From Trueperaceae bacterium (lineage in GTDB: Bacteria; Deinococcota; Deinococci; Deinococcales; Trueperaceae): DNA of 22,747 bases. Location of the stretch: the NCBI GenBank assembly GCA_035703635.1, contig DASSXV010000068.1, positions 1 through 22,747 of the forward strand, given 5' to 3'. Within the stretch, counting starts at the first letter, position 1; each line of letters begins with the position of its first letter. Shown here one piece after another: positions 16,032 to 22,747 of the stretch. The position numbers and the translations under genes were made by a program. Under the pieces are notes generated by a model. It made no database searches. It had not been told where the DNA came from and saw only the letters and a program-made list of their open reading frames with translations.

Positions 16032-16895
16032 TCACACCTTGAGTTTGGGGTCGAGCGCGTCGCGCAGCCCATCTCCCAGTAAGTTCGCAGCTAATACGGT
16101 GAGCGCAATGGCTGTTCCAGGGAACACCCCGAGCCACCACGCCTGTCGAATGAACTGGCGCCCATCGGAGAGGATCGCGCCCCATTCAGGCGCCGGAGCC
16201 TGAGCACCTAGGCCGAGGAAGTTCAGCGCTGCTCCGGCAAGGATGGCGTTGGCGATACCCATGGACGCCATCACCATCACGGGCGTGAGGATGTTCGGAA
16301 GTACGTGCCGCAGCATTATTCGGGCGTTTCCGCTTCCGAGGGCGCCTGCGGCGTCGACATATACGCGTCCGCGCGCCTCAAGGACGGAACTCCGCACCAT
16401 TCTCGTGTAGTACGGAACCCAGGCTATGCCAAGGGCGATCATGATGTTCGTCAGTCCAGTCCCCAATATCGTCACCACCGCTAGGGCAAGCAAGATCGGT
16501 GGGAACGCGATCCACACGTCCACGAAGCGCATAAGGAGTAGGTCAAGCCAGCCGCCATAGAACCCGGCGGCCAGGCCGAGCAAGATGCCAGCGATGGCGG
16601 CCAGCGAGATCGGCACCACGCCCATCGGCAGCGAGAGGCTCCCGCCGTATAGGACGCGGGCAAACACGTCGCGACCGAAGTGGTCGGTGCCGAACAGGTG
16701 CTCGGTACTAGGTGGTTGCAGCCGGTCGCGTGGACTCACTTTCGTCGGATTGTATGGAGTCAGTACTGGCGCCAGCAGCACTATTACAACGAGGATCGTC
16801 ATCAGCGAAGCTCCGGCAACGAAGCTAGGCGTGCGGCGTAGCCTGCTCAGCGTTTGCGCAAGCGGGGTTCTATTGCGAGGAGCGGCAGTCGTCAT
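16032..16895 (-). CDS. ABC transporter permease, DppC/OppC type
   Basis: HLFGTDHFGRD, EAA-like loop YVDAAGALG, HVLPN, FLGLG..P.PEWG and NLLGDGLRDALDP. Confidence 0.95.
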   Translation of the reverse strand: MTTAAPRNRTPLAQTLSRLRRTPSFVAGASLMTILVVIVLLAPVLTPYNPTKVSPRDRLQPPSTEHLFGTDHFGRDVFARVLYGGSLSLPMGVVPISLAAIAGILLGLAAGFYGGWLDLLLMRFVDVWIAFPPILLALAVVTILGTGLTNIMIALGIAWVPYYTRMVRSSVLEARGRVYVDAAGALGSGNARIMLRHVLPNILTPVMVMASMGIANAILAGAALNFLGLGAQAPAPEWGAILSDGRQFIRQAWWLGVFPGTAIALTVLAANLLGDGLRDALDPKLKV

Positions 16896-17812
16896 TCGTA
16901 CCTAATCCTGGGATCGATGAACGCGTAAAGGGCATCAACCGTGAGGTTTACGAGCACGTACAGCACGGCGGCTACGAGAACGACACCTTGCACCACGGGC
17001 GCGTCGCGGTTGATTACGGCCTTCGTAACAAGCGTCCCGAGGCCCTGCCGTGCGAACACGTTCTCGATCACGACCGCGCCTCCTATCAGGGTCCCGAACT
17101 GCATTCCGAACATCGTCAACACGGGAATGAGCGCGGCACGGAAGGCGTGTCGCAGCACGACGGGGCGCATCCCCAGCCCTTTGGCTTTGGCGGTCCGGAC
17201 GAAGTCTTCCCTGAGTACCTCTAGTAGACTCGCCCGCGTCAAACGCGCGAGGACCGCGGATTCCGCGACCCCAAGCGCGATGGCAGGCATGATCAAGGGC
17301 CGTAACCCATGCCCGGTAATCGGCAGCCAACCGAACTGCACCGAGAAGAACTGAATCATCATCAACCCAAGCCAGAAACCCGGGATCGAGATGCCGATAA
17401 GCGCTACGGTCATTCCGCTTAAGTCGAGCCAAGTGTTGTGGCGCAGGGCCGCTATCATGCCGAGTGGCAGGCCGAGGATGACGGCGACTCCCATTGCAGC
17501 GACAGTGAGCTCTAGCGTGGCCGGGAAGTTCTCCCGGATGAGCCGCAACACTGGGTGATACCCGAAGAACGACACGCCGAGGTCGCCTTTGAGCAGTCCA
17601 GCAAGATAATTCCCGAGACGTACGAAGAGCGGGTCATCTAGCCCAAGTTGGCGGCGTAGTAGCGCCATCTGGTCGGGCGCTAGTTTCACCTGGGTCATCA
17701 TGGCGGATACTGCGTCGCCCGGAATAAGGGCGATGACGAAGAACACGACGATGGCGATGCCGAGTAGCACGGGCACCGTCAAGAGAAGTCGTCTTCCGAG
17801 ATAACCGATCAC
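16892..17812 (-). CDS. ABC transporter permease, DppB/OppB type
   Basis: RRLL..VPVLLG, LGLDDP, GDLG.S, PATLEL, DFVRTAKAKGL, GGAVVIE.VF and DPRIRY. The start is GTG 17812 or TTG 17845. It overlaps the dppC-type gene by 4 bp. Confidence 0.95.
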   Translation of the reverse strand: MIGYLGRRLLLTVPVLLGIAIVVFFVIALIPGDAVSAMMTQVKLAPDQMALLRRQLGLDDPLFVRLGNYLAGLLKGDLGVSFFGYHPVLRLIRENFPATLELTVAAMGVAVILGLPLGMIAALRHNTWLDLSGMTVALIGISIPGFWLGLMMIQFFSVQFGWLPITGHGLRPLIMPAIALGVAESAVLARLTRASLLEVLREDFVRTAKAKGLGMRPVVLRHAFRAALIPVLTMFGMQFGTLIGGAVVIENVFARQGLGTLVTKAVINRDAPVVQGVVLVAAVLYVLVNLTVDALYAFIDPRIRYE

Positions 17813-17856
17813 GAGCGCAACATTGCTGTCCTGTCGACCGCACAATCTATTTGAGG

Positions 17857-17890
17857 GGTTGGGGAGTCCCAGAAGCAGGGCTCCCCAACC
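17857..17890 (-). terminator. Intercistronic stem-loop after the substrate-binding protein gene (mRNA stabiliser or partial terminator)
   Basis: Perfect 10-bp stem ggttggggag (17857-17866) / ctccccaacc (17881-17890), extended by ccc/ggg. No long U tract. Confidence 0.65.
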
Positions 17891-17902
17891 TGCGAAACTC
17901 GT

Positions 17903-19519
17903 TCAGTCGGCGAACGACGCTCCGGCGAAGTACTTGTAGTAGCCAGTGCCGTCCACCACGAAGCCGGTCAGGTTCTTGTCGTGAGCAGCGTAGAAGTACA
18001 GCTCGAAGATGGGAACCATCATGGCGTTGTCCATAATGAAGTGCTGGATCTCGTGGTACTTGGCGGTGCGGGCAGCGTCGTCGGTCTCTACCCCTGCGGC
18101 CGCGAGCATCTCGTCCAGTTCCGGACCTTGCCAGAAGTGGCCGCTTGGGAAGGTGCCGTAGCCTTCCGAGCTCCAGTCGCGCGTCATCAAGGTAGCAGTG
18201 GCGAACACGTCGCCCATCGCCGGGGCTGCGTACTGACCTGACGCGACGGCCGCCGTGTTGGACGGGCCCTGAGTGGTTAGGACGCTAGCGTCGAAACCGA
18301 CATCCTGCAAGTACGCTTGCATGAGGTAAACCCAGTCGTTCCAGCTCTTGTTCTCGACGAGCACGACCTTAAGGGTCACGCCGTCCTTCTCGCGCACGCC
18401 GTCGTTGTTAGTGTCGACCCAGCCAGCGTCGGTCAGGAGCTGCTCGGCCTTCTCTGGATCGTACGGGTACATGGTTTCGAGTGACGGGTCATACTCAGGG
18501 AAGTTATTCGACAGGGGGCCGTACGCTGGAACTGTCATGCCGAAGTAGACGGTGTCGACTATTCCCTGCTTGTCGACCGCGTAGTTGATTGCCTGGCGCA
18601 CGGCGAGCTCGTTGGTCGGGGACATGTTCGTGTTCAGGTAGTTCATCTGTGGCATTCCTGGCAGCTGGAAGCCGCTTACGGCGAACGCTTCAGAGTCGCG
18701 AATTCGTGCGATATCGGCGAATGGCAACATGTCGAGGAACTGCGTCTCGCCCGCTTCCAGTGTTGCTAGCCGCGTTTGGGCCTCTGGAATGAACTGGAAC
18801 ACTAGCTCGTCAAGAAGGGCGGGGCCGGACGTGCCGAACATCGGGGAGCCCCAAGTCCAGTTGGGGTTGCGTACCAGCGTGATGTGGCTGCCGCTGACCC
18901 ATTCCTTGAACATAAAAGGTCCAGTGCCGATAGGGTTGTAGCCGCCCTCTTGGCCGACCTCAGTGATGTAGGCGATGTCGGAAACGCCGAAACCAGGGTC
19001 GGCTAGCTCGATGAGGAGATCAGGGCGTGGCGCCTTGAAGGTCACGGTGACGTCATTGCCATCGACACTCACACCAGCAAGTGGTTCAGAGAGCTGGCTC
19101 CAACTACCGCCAAGCAGTTCCGTGTTCGTGCGGGCGAAGTCGAACTGATCGGCCACACCCTGCGCAGTGAGCGCGTCGCCGTTATGGAAGGTGACACCAC
19201 TGCGGATCGTGAACGTCCACTCCGTCTTCTCGTCATTAGCCGACCAGGCCGTTGCGAGACCAGGATAGATGGTGTAGTCCTGTGCGAGGTATACGAGCGT
19301 CTCGAATATCTGTGCGGTCACCTCGCGCTCGTTGACGTTGCGACTACCGAGAGTTGGATCTAGGCTAGACGGTTCTTGATTGCCCGCGAACACGAGGCGA
19401 TTTGCGCTAGCTTGGGCGAAAGCTGCACCCCCGACGGCCAAGCCCAGCGTAAGTAGGCCTACCAGGGTTAAGAGCCGAACGATGCGGAATGAACGCGAGT
19501 GCTGTCGAGACTGACTCAT
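17903..19519 (-). CDS. ABC transporter substrate-binding protein, family 5 (peptide/nickel type)
   Basis: Signal peptide ending AFA-Q with no lipobox. SLDP, IFETLV, PGLATAW, FHNGD.LTA, PIGTGPF, VRQAINYAVD and YDPEKA..LL.DAGW. SD ggagg; start ATG 19519 or TTG 19525. Confidence 0.95.
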   Translation of the reverse strand: MSQSRQHSRSFRIVRLLTLVGLLTLGLAVGGAAFAQASANRLVFAGNQEPSSLDPTLGSRNVNEREVTAQIFETLVYLAQDYTIYPGLATAWSANDEKTEWTFTIRSGVTFHNGDALTAQGVADQFDFARTNTELLGGSWSQLSEPLAGVSVDGNDVTVTFKAPRPDLLIELADPGFGVSDIAYITEVGQEGGYNPIGTGPFMFKEWVSGSHITLVRNPNWTWGSPMFGTSGPALLDELVFQFIPEAQTRLATLEAGETQFLDMLPFADIARIRDSEAFAVSGFQLPGMPQMNYLNTNMSPTNELAVRQAINYAVDKQGIVDTVYFGMTVPAYGPLSNNFPEYDPSLETMYPYDPEKAEQLLTDAGWVDTNNDGVREKDGVTLKVVLVENKSWNDWVYLMQAYLQDVGFDASVLTTQGPSNTAAVASGQYAAPAMGDVFATATLMTRDWSSEGYGTFPSGHFWQGPELDEMLAAAGVETDDAARTAKYHEIQHFIMDNAMMVPIFELYFYAAHDKNLTGFVVDGTGYYKYFAGASFAD

Positions 19520-19735
19520 CTGCAAGTAACCTCCGTTTGGACGGGTGTTCTACGATGAAGCGCGTGCGTGAGGTGTTTAGGACTAGTGGTCGTGGGATAG
19601 CTCCCAAATCAAGCGGGAGTAGTTTCGGGCCGCAGCGAAAAACGGATTCACTGGGTCCACGTGCCGCCGACGCTTCCTCCTTTTCGTATGGTCCTCCGCC
19701 TTGTGCCCGAGCCGGCGGGTGAGTGTGGCTTGTCT

Positions 19736-19770
19736 CTATTTTATATAATCTAACATGCGCTAGAATGCAA
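19736..19770. promoter_or_regulatory. Divergent promoter/operator between the ABC operon and gntR
   Basis: AT-rich near-palindrome ATTTTATATAAT (19738-19749) containing TATAAT, and TAGAAT at 19761-19766. Confidence 0.55.
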
Positions 19771-19797
19771 GGCCGGGGACCCGGGAGGCTATTGAGC

Positions 19798-20478
19798 ATG
19801 ATGCGGACGAAGCAAGACTACGCCTATCAAGTCATCAAGGGCCGCATTACTGCAGGCGACCTTCTACCTGGTCAACGCATAGTGGTTAACCGGTTAGGGC
19901 ACGAGATCGGCACTAGCGCCATTCCCGTGCGGGAGGCACTGCTCCGGCTAGAAGCCGAAGGCTTAGTCACCCTTACGCCCCACATCGGGGCCGTCGTCTC
20001 GCTCATCACAGGCGAGACGATTAAGCGAACGCTCGAGTCAATGGCCGTCCTAGAGGGGTACGCCACACGTCTCGCACTCCCGCGCGCAAGCGAGATCCTA
20101 GACGCCTTGAAGCACGATGACGCCATGATGGCGGCGGCTCTTGAGGCCGAGGACTGGGAAGCGTTCAGTGCCGGTAACCGCAAATTCCACTTCACCATCT
20201 ACGGTGTCTGCGATAACGACATATTGACCAACTCAATCCAGTCGTTGTGGGGTCAGCTTGACTCCTACCTAAGCGCTGCAGCCTTCTACTTGATGCCGGA
20301 CCGGGCCCAAGGATCGATCAACGAGCATCACGCCATCATGGACATGCTCGCAAACACGGAAACCGATCCGCTGCAACTCGAGCTTGCCGCACGCGAACAC
20401 AAGCTCAATACGGCTCGGCGACTACAACTTCAAGACCGTAGGTTCGCGCCAAGTCTGGCGGCCGCAGCCTCGCGGTAA
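19798..20478 (+). CDS. GntR family transcriptional regulator (FCD ligand-binding domain)
   Basis: AY..IK.RI..G.L.PGQRI, S.IPVREAL.RLEAEGLV, N.KFH..I, EH.AI and REH motifs. SD gggagg precedes ATG 19798; the listed 19723 start is too long. Confidence 0.93.
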   Translation: MMRTKQDYAYQVIKGRITAGDLLPGQRIVVNRLGHEIGTSAIPVREALLRLEAEGLVTLTPHIGAVVSLITGETIKRTLESMAVLEGYATRLALPRASEILDALKHDDAMMAAALEAEDWEAFSAGNRKFHFTIYGVCDNDILTNSIQSLWGQLDSYLSAAAFYLMPDRAQGSINEHHAIMDMLANTETDPLQLELAAREHKLNTARRLQLQDRRFAPSLAAAASR

Positions 20479-20492
20479 GAGGAGCGGGCCCC

Positions 20493-21683
20493 TTACCCAA
20501 CCTCCCCCAACGCCGCCGCCAGCCGTTCGAACGCCGCAACGCCAACGTACGCTTGCAGCGACACGCGCGCGTACAGTTGCCCACCCACCGATGTGATCGC
20601 CACTTCCACGCCTCGTTCGCGTAACCGGTCACCGAGCTCGGCCGCCTGAACGTCACCCCCGTCGACCCCGAGTGGCACCGCCTGCATCGGCAGGCGAGCG
20701 GCCGCTTGTTGCTGAGTACCTAGTGCGGCGGTAAGGCGCTGGACTCCCTGGTTGAGCACCGAAACGTTGCGCTCGCGGAGTTCACGGAAGGTCATGCCGA
20801 GGTGCTCGAGCGGGAAGTCGAGGGCGGCAGGCAGCGCGAGGTAGGCCGTGGCGTCCTGGGTGCCCAGGTAGGTGAACGAGCCTGGGTACCCGCGCCACGC
20901 GCCCGCACTGGCGACTAGTGGTTGAACCCGCTCGCGCCACTGCGGCGCCACCACGAGCGCTGCGGCCGTCCGCGCAGAAAACGCCCATTTGTGCAGGTTC
21001 CCAAACCAGAACGCCGCTCCGGCGGGCACGGGTGAGTCGATGAGGCCGGGGGCGTGCGCACCGTCGATGAGGATGGGGACTTGACTGCCGAGCGCGGCGC
21101 ACACGGCCTCGACCGGCAACCGCAGCGCCGAGGCCGAGGTGATCTGGTCGAGAACCAGCAACGCCGTTCGCTCGTTCACCGCGGCAGTCAGGTCCGCAAC
21201 GAGCGCTTCCTCGAACTCGGCTTCCGTCATTCCATGCGGGTCGGGCAGCGGAACGCTGCGCGCCACGGCGCCGCGCTCCGCGCACGCTCGAGCGATCGCG
21301 GCCTTCACCCACGGGTAGGCGTGGTCCGTGTAGACGATCTCGGCCCCCGCCTCCAGCCGCACGCTCTCGAGGACTACCTGCGCGGCCTCGGTGGCGTTCT
21401 GCACGAGCGCGAGGCCGTCGGCGTCCGTGTTAAGCCACTCGGCGACACGCAGCCTGACGGCGTCCATCGCGGCCGCCAACTCCGTGCGGTAGAAGCGCTC
21501 GGGGCTGCGTTCAACCGCCTCCGCCGCTCGGCGCTGCGCTGCTAGCACCGGCGTTGGCACGGCGCCGTACGAACCGTGGTTCAGGTGCACGACCTCAGGA
21601 TCGAGGAGCCACAGCTCGGGCTTGAGTGCGTGTGTGATCGAAGCGTGCGTAGCGGGTTGTTCTGCTGAGGAGCGCGGTGCCAT
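20493..21683 (-). CDS. Class V PLP-dependent enzyme, isopenicillin-N epimerase (CefD)/EgtE-Egt2 C-S lyase-like
   Basis: HLNHGSYGAVP, VQNAT, DQITS, IDGAHAPG, GNLHKW (PLP lysine) and GTQD.TA. Confidence 0.87.
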   Translation of the reverse strand: MAPRSSAEQPATHASITHALKPELWLLDPEVVHLNHGSYGAVPTPVLAAQRRAAEAVERSPERFYRTELAAAMDAVRLRVAEWLNTDADGLALVQNATEAAQVVLESVRLEAGAEIVYTDHAYPWVKAAIARACAERGAVARSVPLPDPHGMTEAEFEEALVADLTAAVNERTALLVLDQITSASALRLPVEAVCAALGSQVPILIDGAHAPGLIDSPVPAGAAFWFGNLHKWAFSARTAAALVVAPQWRERVQPLVASAGAWRGYPGSFTYLGTQDATAYLALPAALDFPLEHLGMTFRELRERNVSVLNQGVQRLTAALGTQQQAAARLPMQAVPLGVDGGDVQAAELGDRLRERGVEVAITSVGGQLYARVSLQAYVGVAAFERLAAALGEVG

Positions 21684-21802
21684 GTAGTCAGTATCGCGCA
21701 GCGCAGGCTCGAGTCGAGAGTCGCGCGGTTCTTCGACACGTGCGCACTACGGGTGCACCAGCTGGACACGTTCTCGATGAACGTCGACGACTCGCCGTTC
21801 CT

Positions 21803-22747
21803 TCAGCCCAGCGCCGTTTCCAACAGCCGCGGCGCGCGCCGCGCCTTGGTCACCTGCTCGAAGGCGTAGGCGTAACGCAGCACGGCGGCGTCGCGCCAGG
21901 CGGTGCCGAAGATCGACATGCCCCACGGCAAGCCGTGCACGAACCCCGCTGGCACCGTGGCGTGCGGGTAACCAGCCACGGCTGCCGGGCTGGCCGCCGA
22001 ACTCAGTGGCCGCTTCGCGTCGCCGTACACGTGGTCGATGAGGCTGGCGGGCCCCATCGTCGGGCAGATCAGCGCGTCTAAGCGGTGTGCGGTTAGGAGC
22101 GCGTCGATGCCGTCCTCGCGGCACATGCGGCGGCTGGCGGCTAGCGCCTCGAGGTAGGCGGGGTCCGTGAGAGGCCCTTTCGCCTGGGCAGAGAACAGGA
22201 GCTCTTGGCTGAAGAACGGCATGGAGCGCCCGGCGTTAGCGCTGTTGAACTCGATGACTTGCGCCAACGTTCGCGGTTGCCCGCCGCTTGGCAGGTCTTC
22301 CAGGTACGCACTGACGCCGTGCTTGAACTCGTAGAGCAAGACCTCGCGCTCGGCGGCCCGCCACTCACTCAGGTGCGGCATGGCCAAGTCGTCGACGAGG
22401 TGCGCTCCAGCAGCCCTCAGCACCTCGAGTAGCGCCGTGAACTGCAGCTCTACCTCAGGGTGAGAATCCACGAACCCACGGATCACGCCGAGTCGCACGC
22501 CATCGAGGCCACCGGGCTGCAACACGTCTGCTGCATCGACGAAAGCGCCCGCCGGAACGTTGGCCGAAGCAGGGTCGTTGGGGTCCGCGCCCTGCATGGC
22601 GGCGAATAAGAGCACCGCGTCCTCGACGGTGCGCGCCATCGGGCCCGCGGTGTCCTGGCTGTGGGCGATGGGGATGATGCCGGCGCGCGAGACGAGGCCG
22701 ACCGTAGGCTTGAAGCCGACGACCCCGTTCGCGGAGGAGGGCCCGAC
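21803..22747 (-). CDS. Amidase signature family protein (peptide amidase-like), 5' truncated by the window edge
   Basis: The frame is open to the window end: VGPSSANGVVGFKPTVGLVSRAGIIPIAHSQDTAGPMARTVEDA. C-terminal AVAGYP..TVP.G...GLP.G and AYAFEQ.T.AR..P motifs. Confidence 0.92.
   Translation of the reverse strand, partial: VGPSSANGVVGFKPTVGLVSRAGIIPIAHSQDTAGPMARTVEDAVLLFAAMQGADPNDPASANVPAGAFVDAADVLQPGGLDGVRLGVIRGFVDSHPEVELQFTALLEVLRAAGAHLVDDLAMPHLSEWRAAEREVLLYEFKHGVSAYLEDLPSGGQPRTLAQVIEFNSANAGRSMPFFSQELLFSAQAKGPLTDPAYLEALAASRRMCREDGIDALLTAHRLDALICPTMGPASLIDHVYGDAKRPLSSAASPAAVAGYPHATVPAGFVHGLPWGMSIFGTAWRDAAVLRYAYAFEQVTKARRAPRLLETALG

Noticed and set aside
21684-21802. Coding-like intergenic stretch (plus frame ARFFDTCALRVHQLDTFSMNVDDSPFLQ)
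   Set aside because: No start or SD and no family I can recognise. A blastx hit would be needed to call it a gene fragment.
1-22747. CRISPR arrays, tRNA/rRNA, IS elements, integrases or defence systems
   Set aside because: No regularly spaced repeats, RNA gene signatures, terminal inverted repeats or transposase/nuclease motifs seen. Nearly all of the sequence is explained by metabolic genes.

Overview
High-GC bacterial DNA with no RNA genes, CRISPR arrays or recognisable mobile elements. Exported proteins have lipobox-free signal peptides (two end in AxA-Q), which suggests a diderm host, possibly Trueperaceae/Deinococcota (inference only). The left flank has a partial MmgE/PrpD gene, ggt, a bidirectional terminator and an exported PIG-L/NEW3/CBM9-like deacetylase. 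The right flank has a CefD/EgtE-like class V PLP enzyme and a partial amidase. Between them (~4.9-20.5 kb) lies an apparently lower-GC, kinase-free catabolic cluster next to a GntR regulator: a family-5 ABC importer without ATPases, an MBL hydrolase, three SDRs, an acetoacetate-decarboxylase-fold protein, two enolase-superfamily enzymes, a GSA-aminomutase-like class III aminotransferase, a ceramidase-like amidohydrolase and an FAH-family enzyme. Several of these have non-canonical catalytic motifs, notably a KduD-like SDR with S-x12-Y-x3-R. The cluster also holds a chimeric deletion scar (SDR N-terminus joined to a second dppC C-terminus) and a 10-codon coupled mini-ORF where ABC ATPase genes would be expected. 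I could not match the set to a pathway I know; it is a candidate uncharacterised non-phosphorylative route for an amino- or N-acyl-sugar(-acid)-like substrate.
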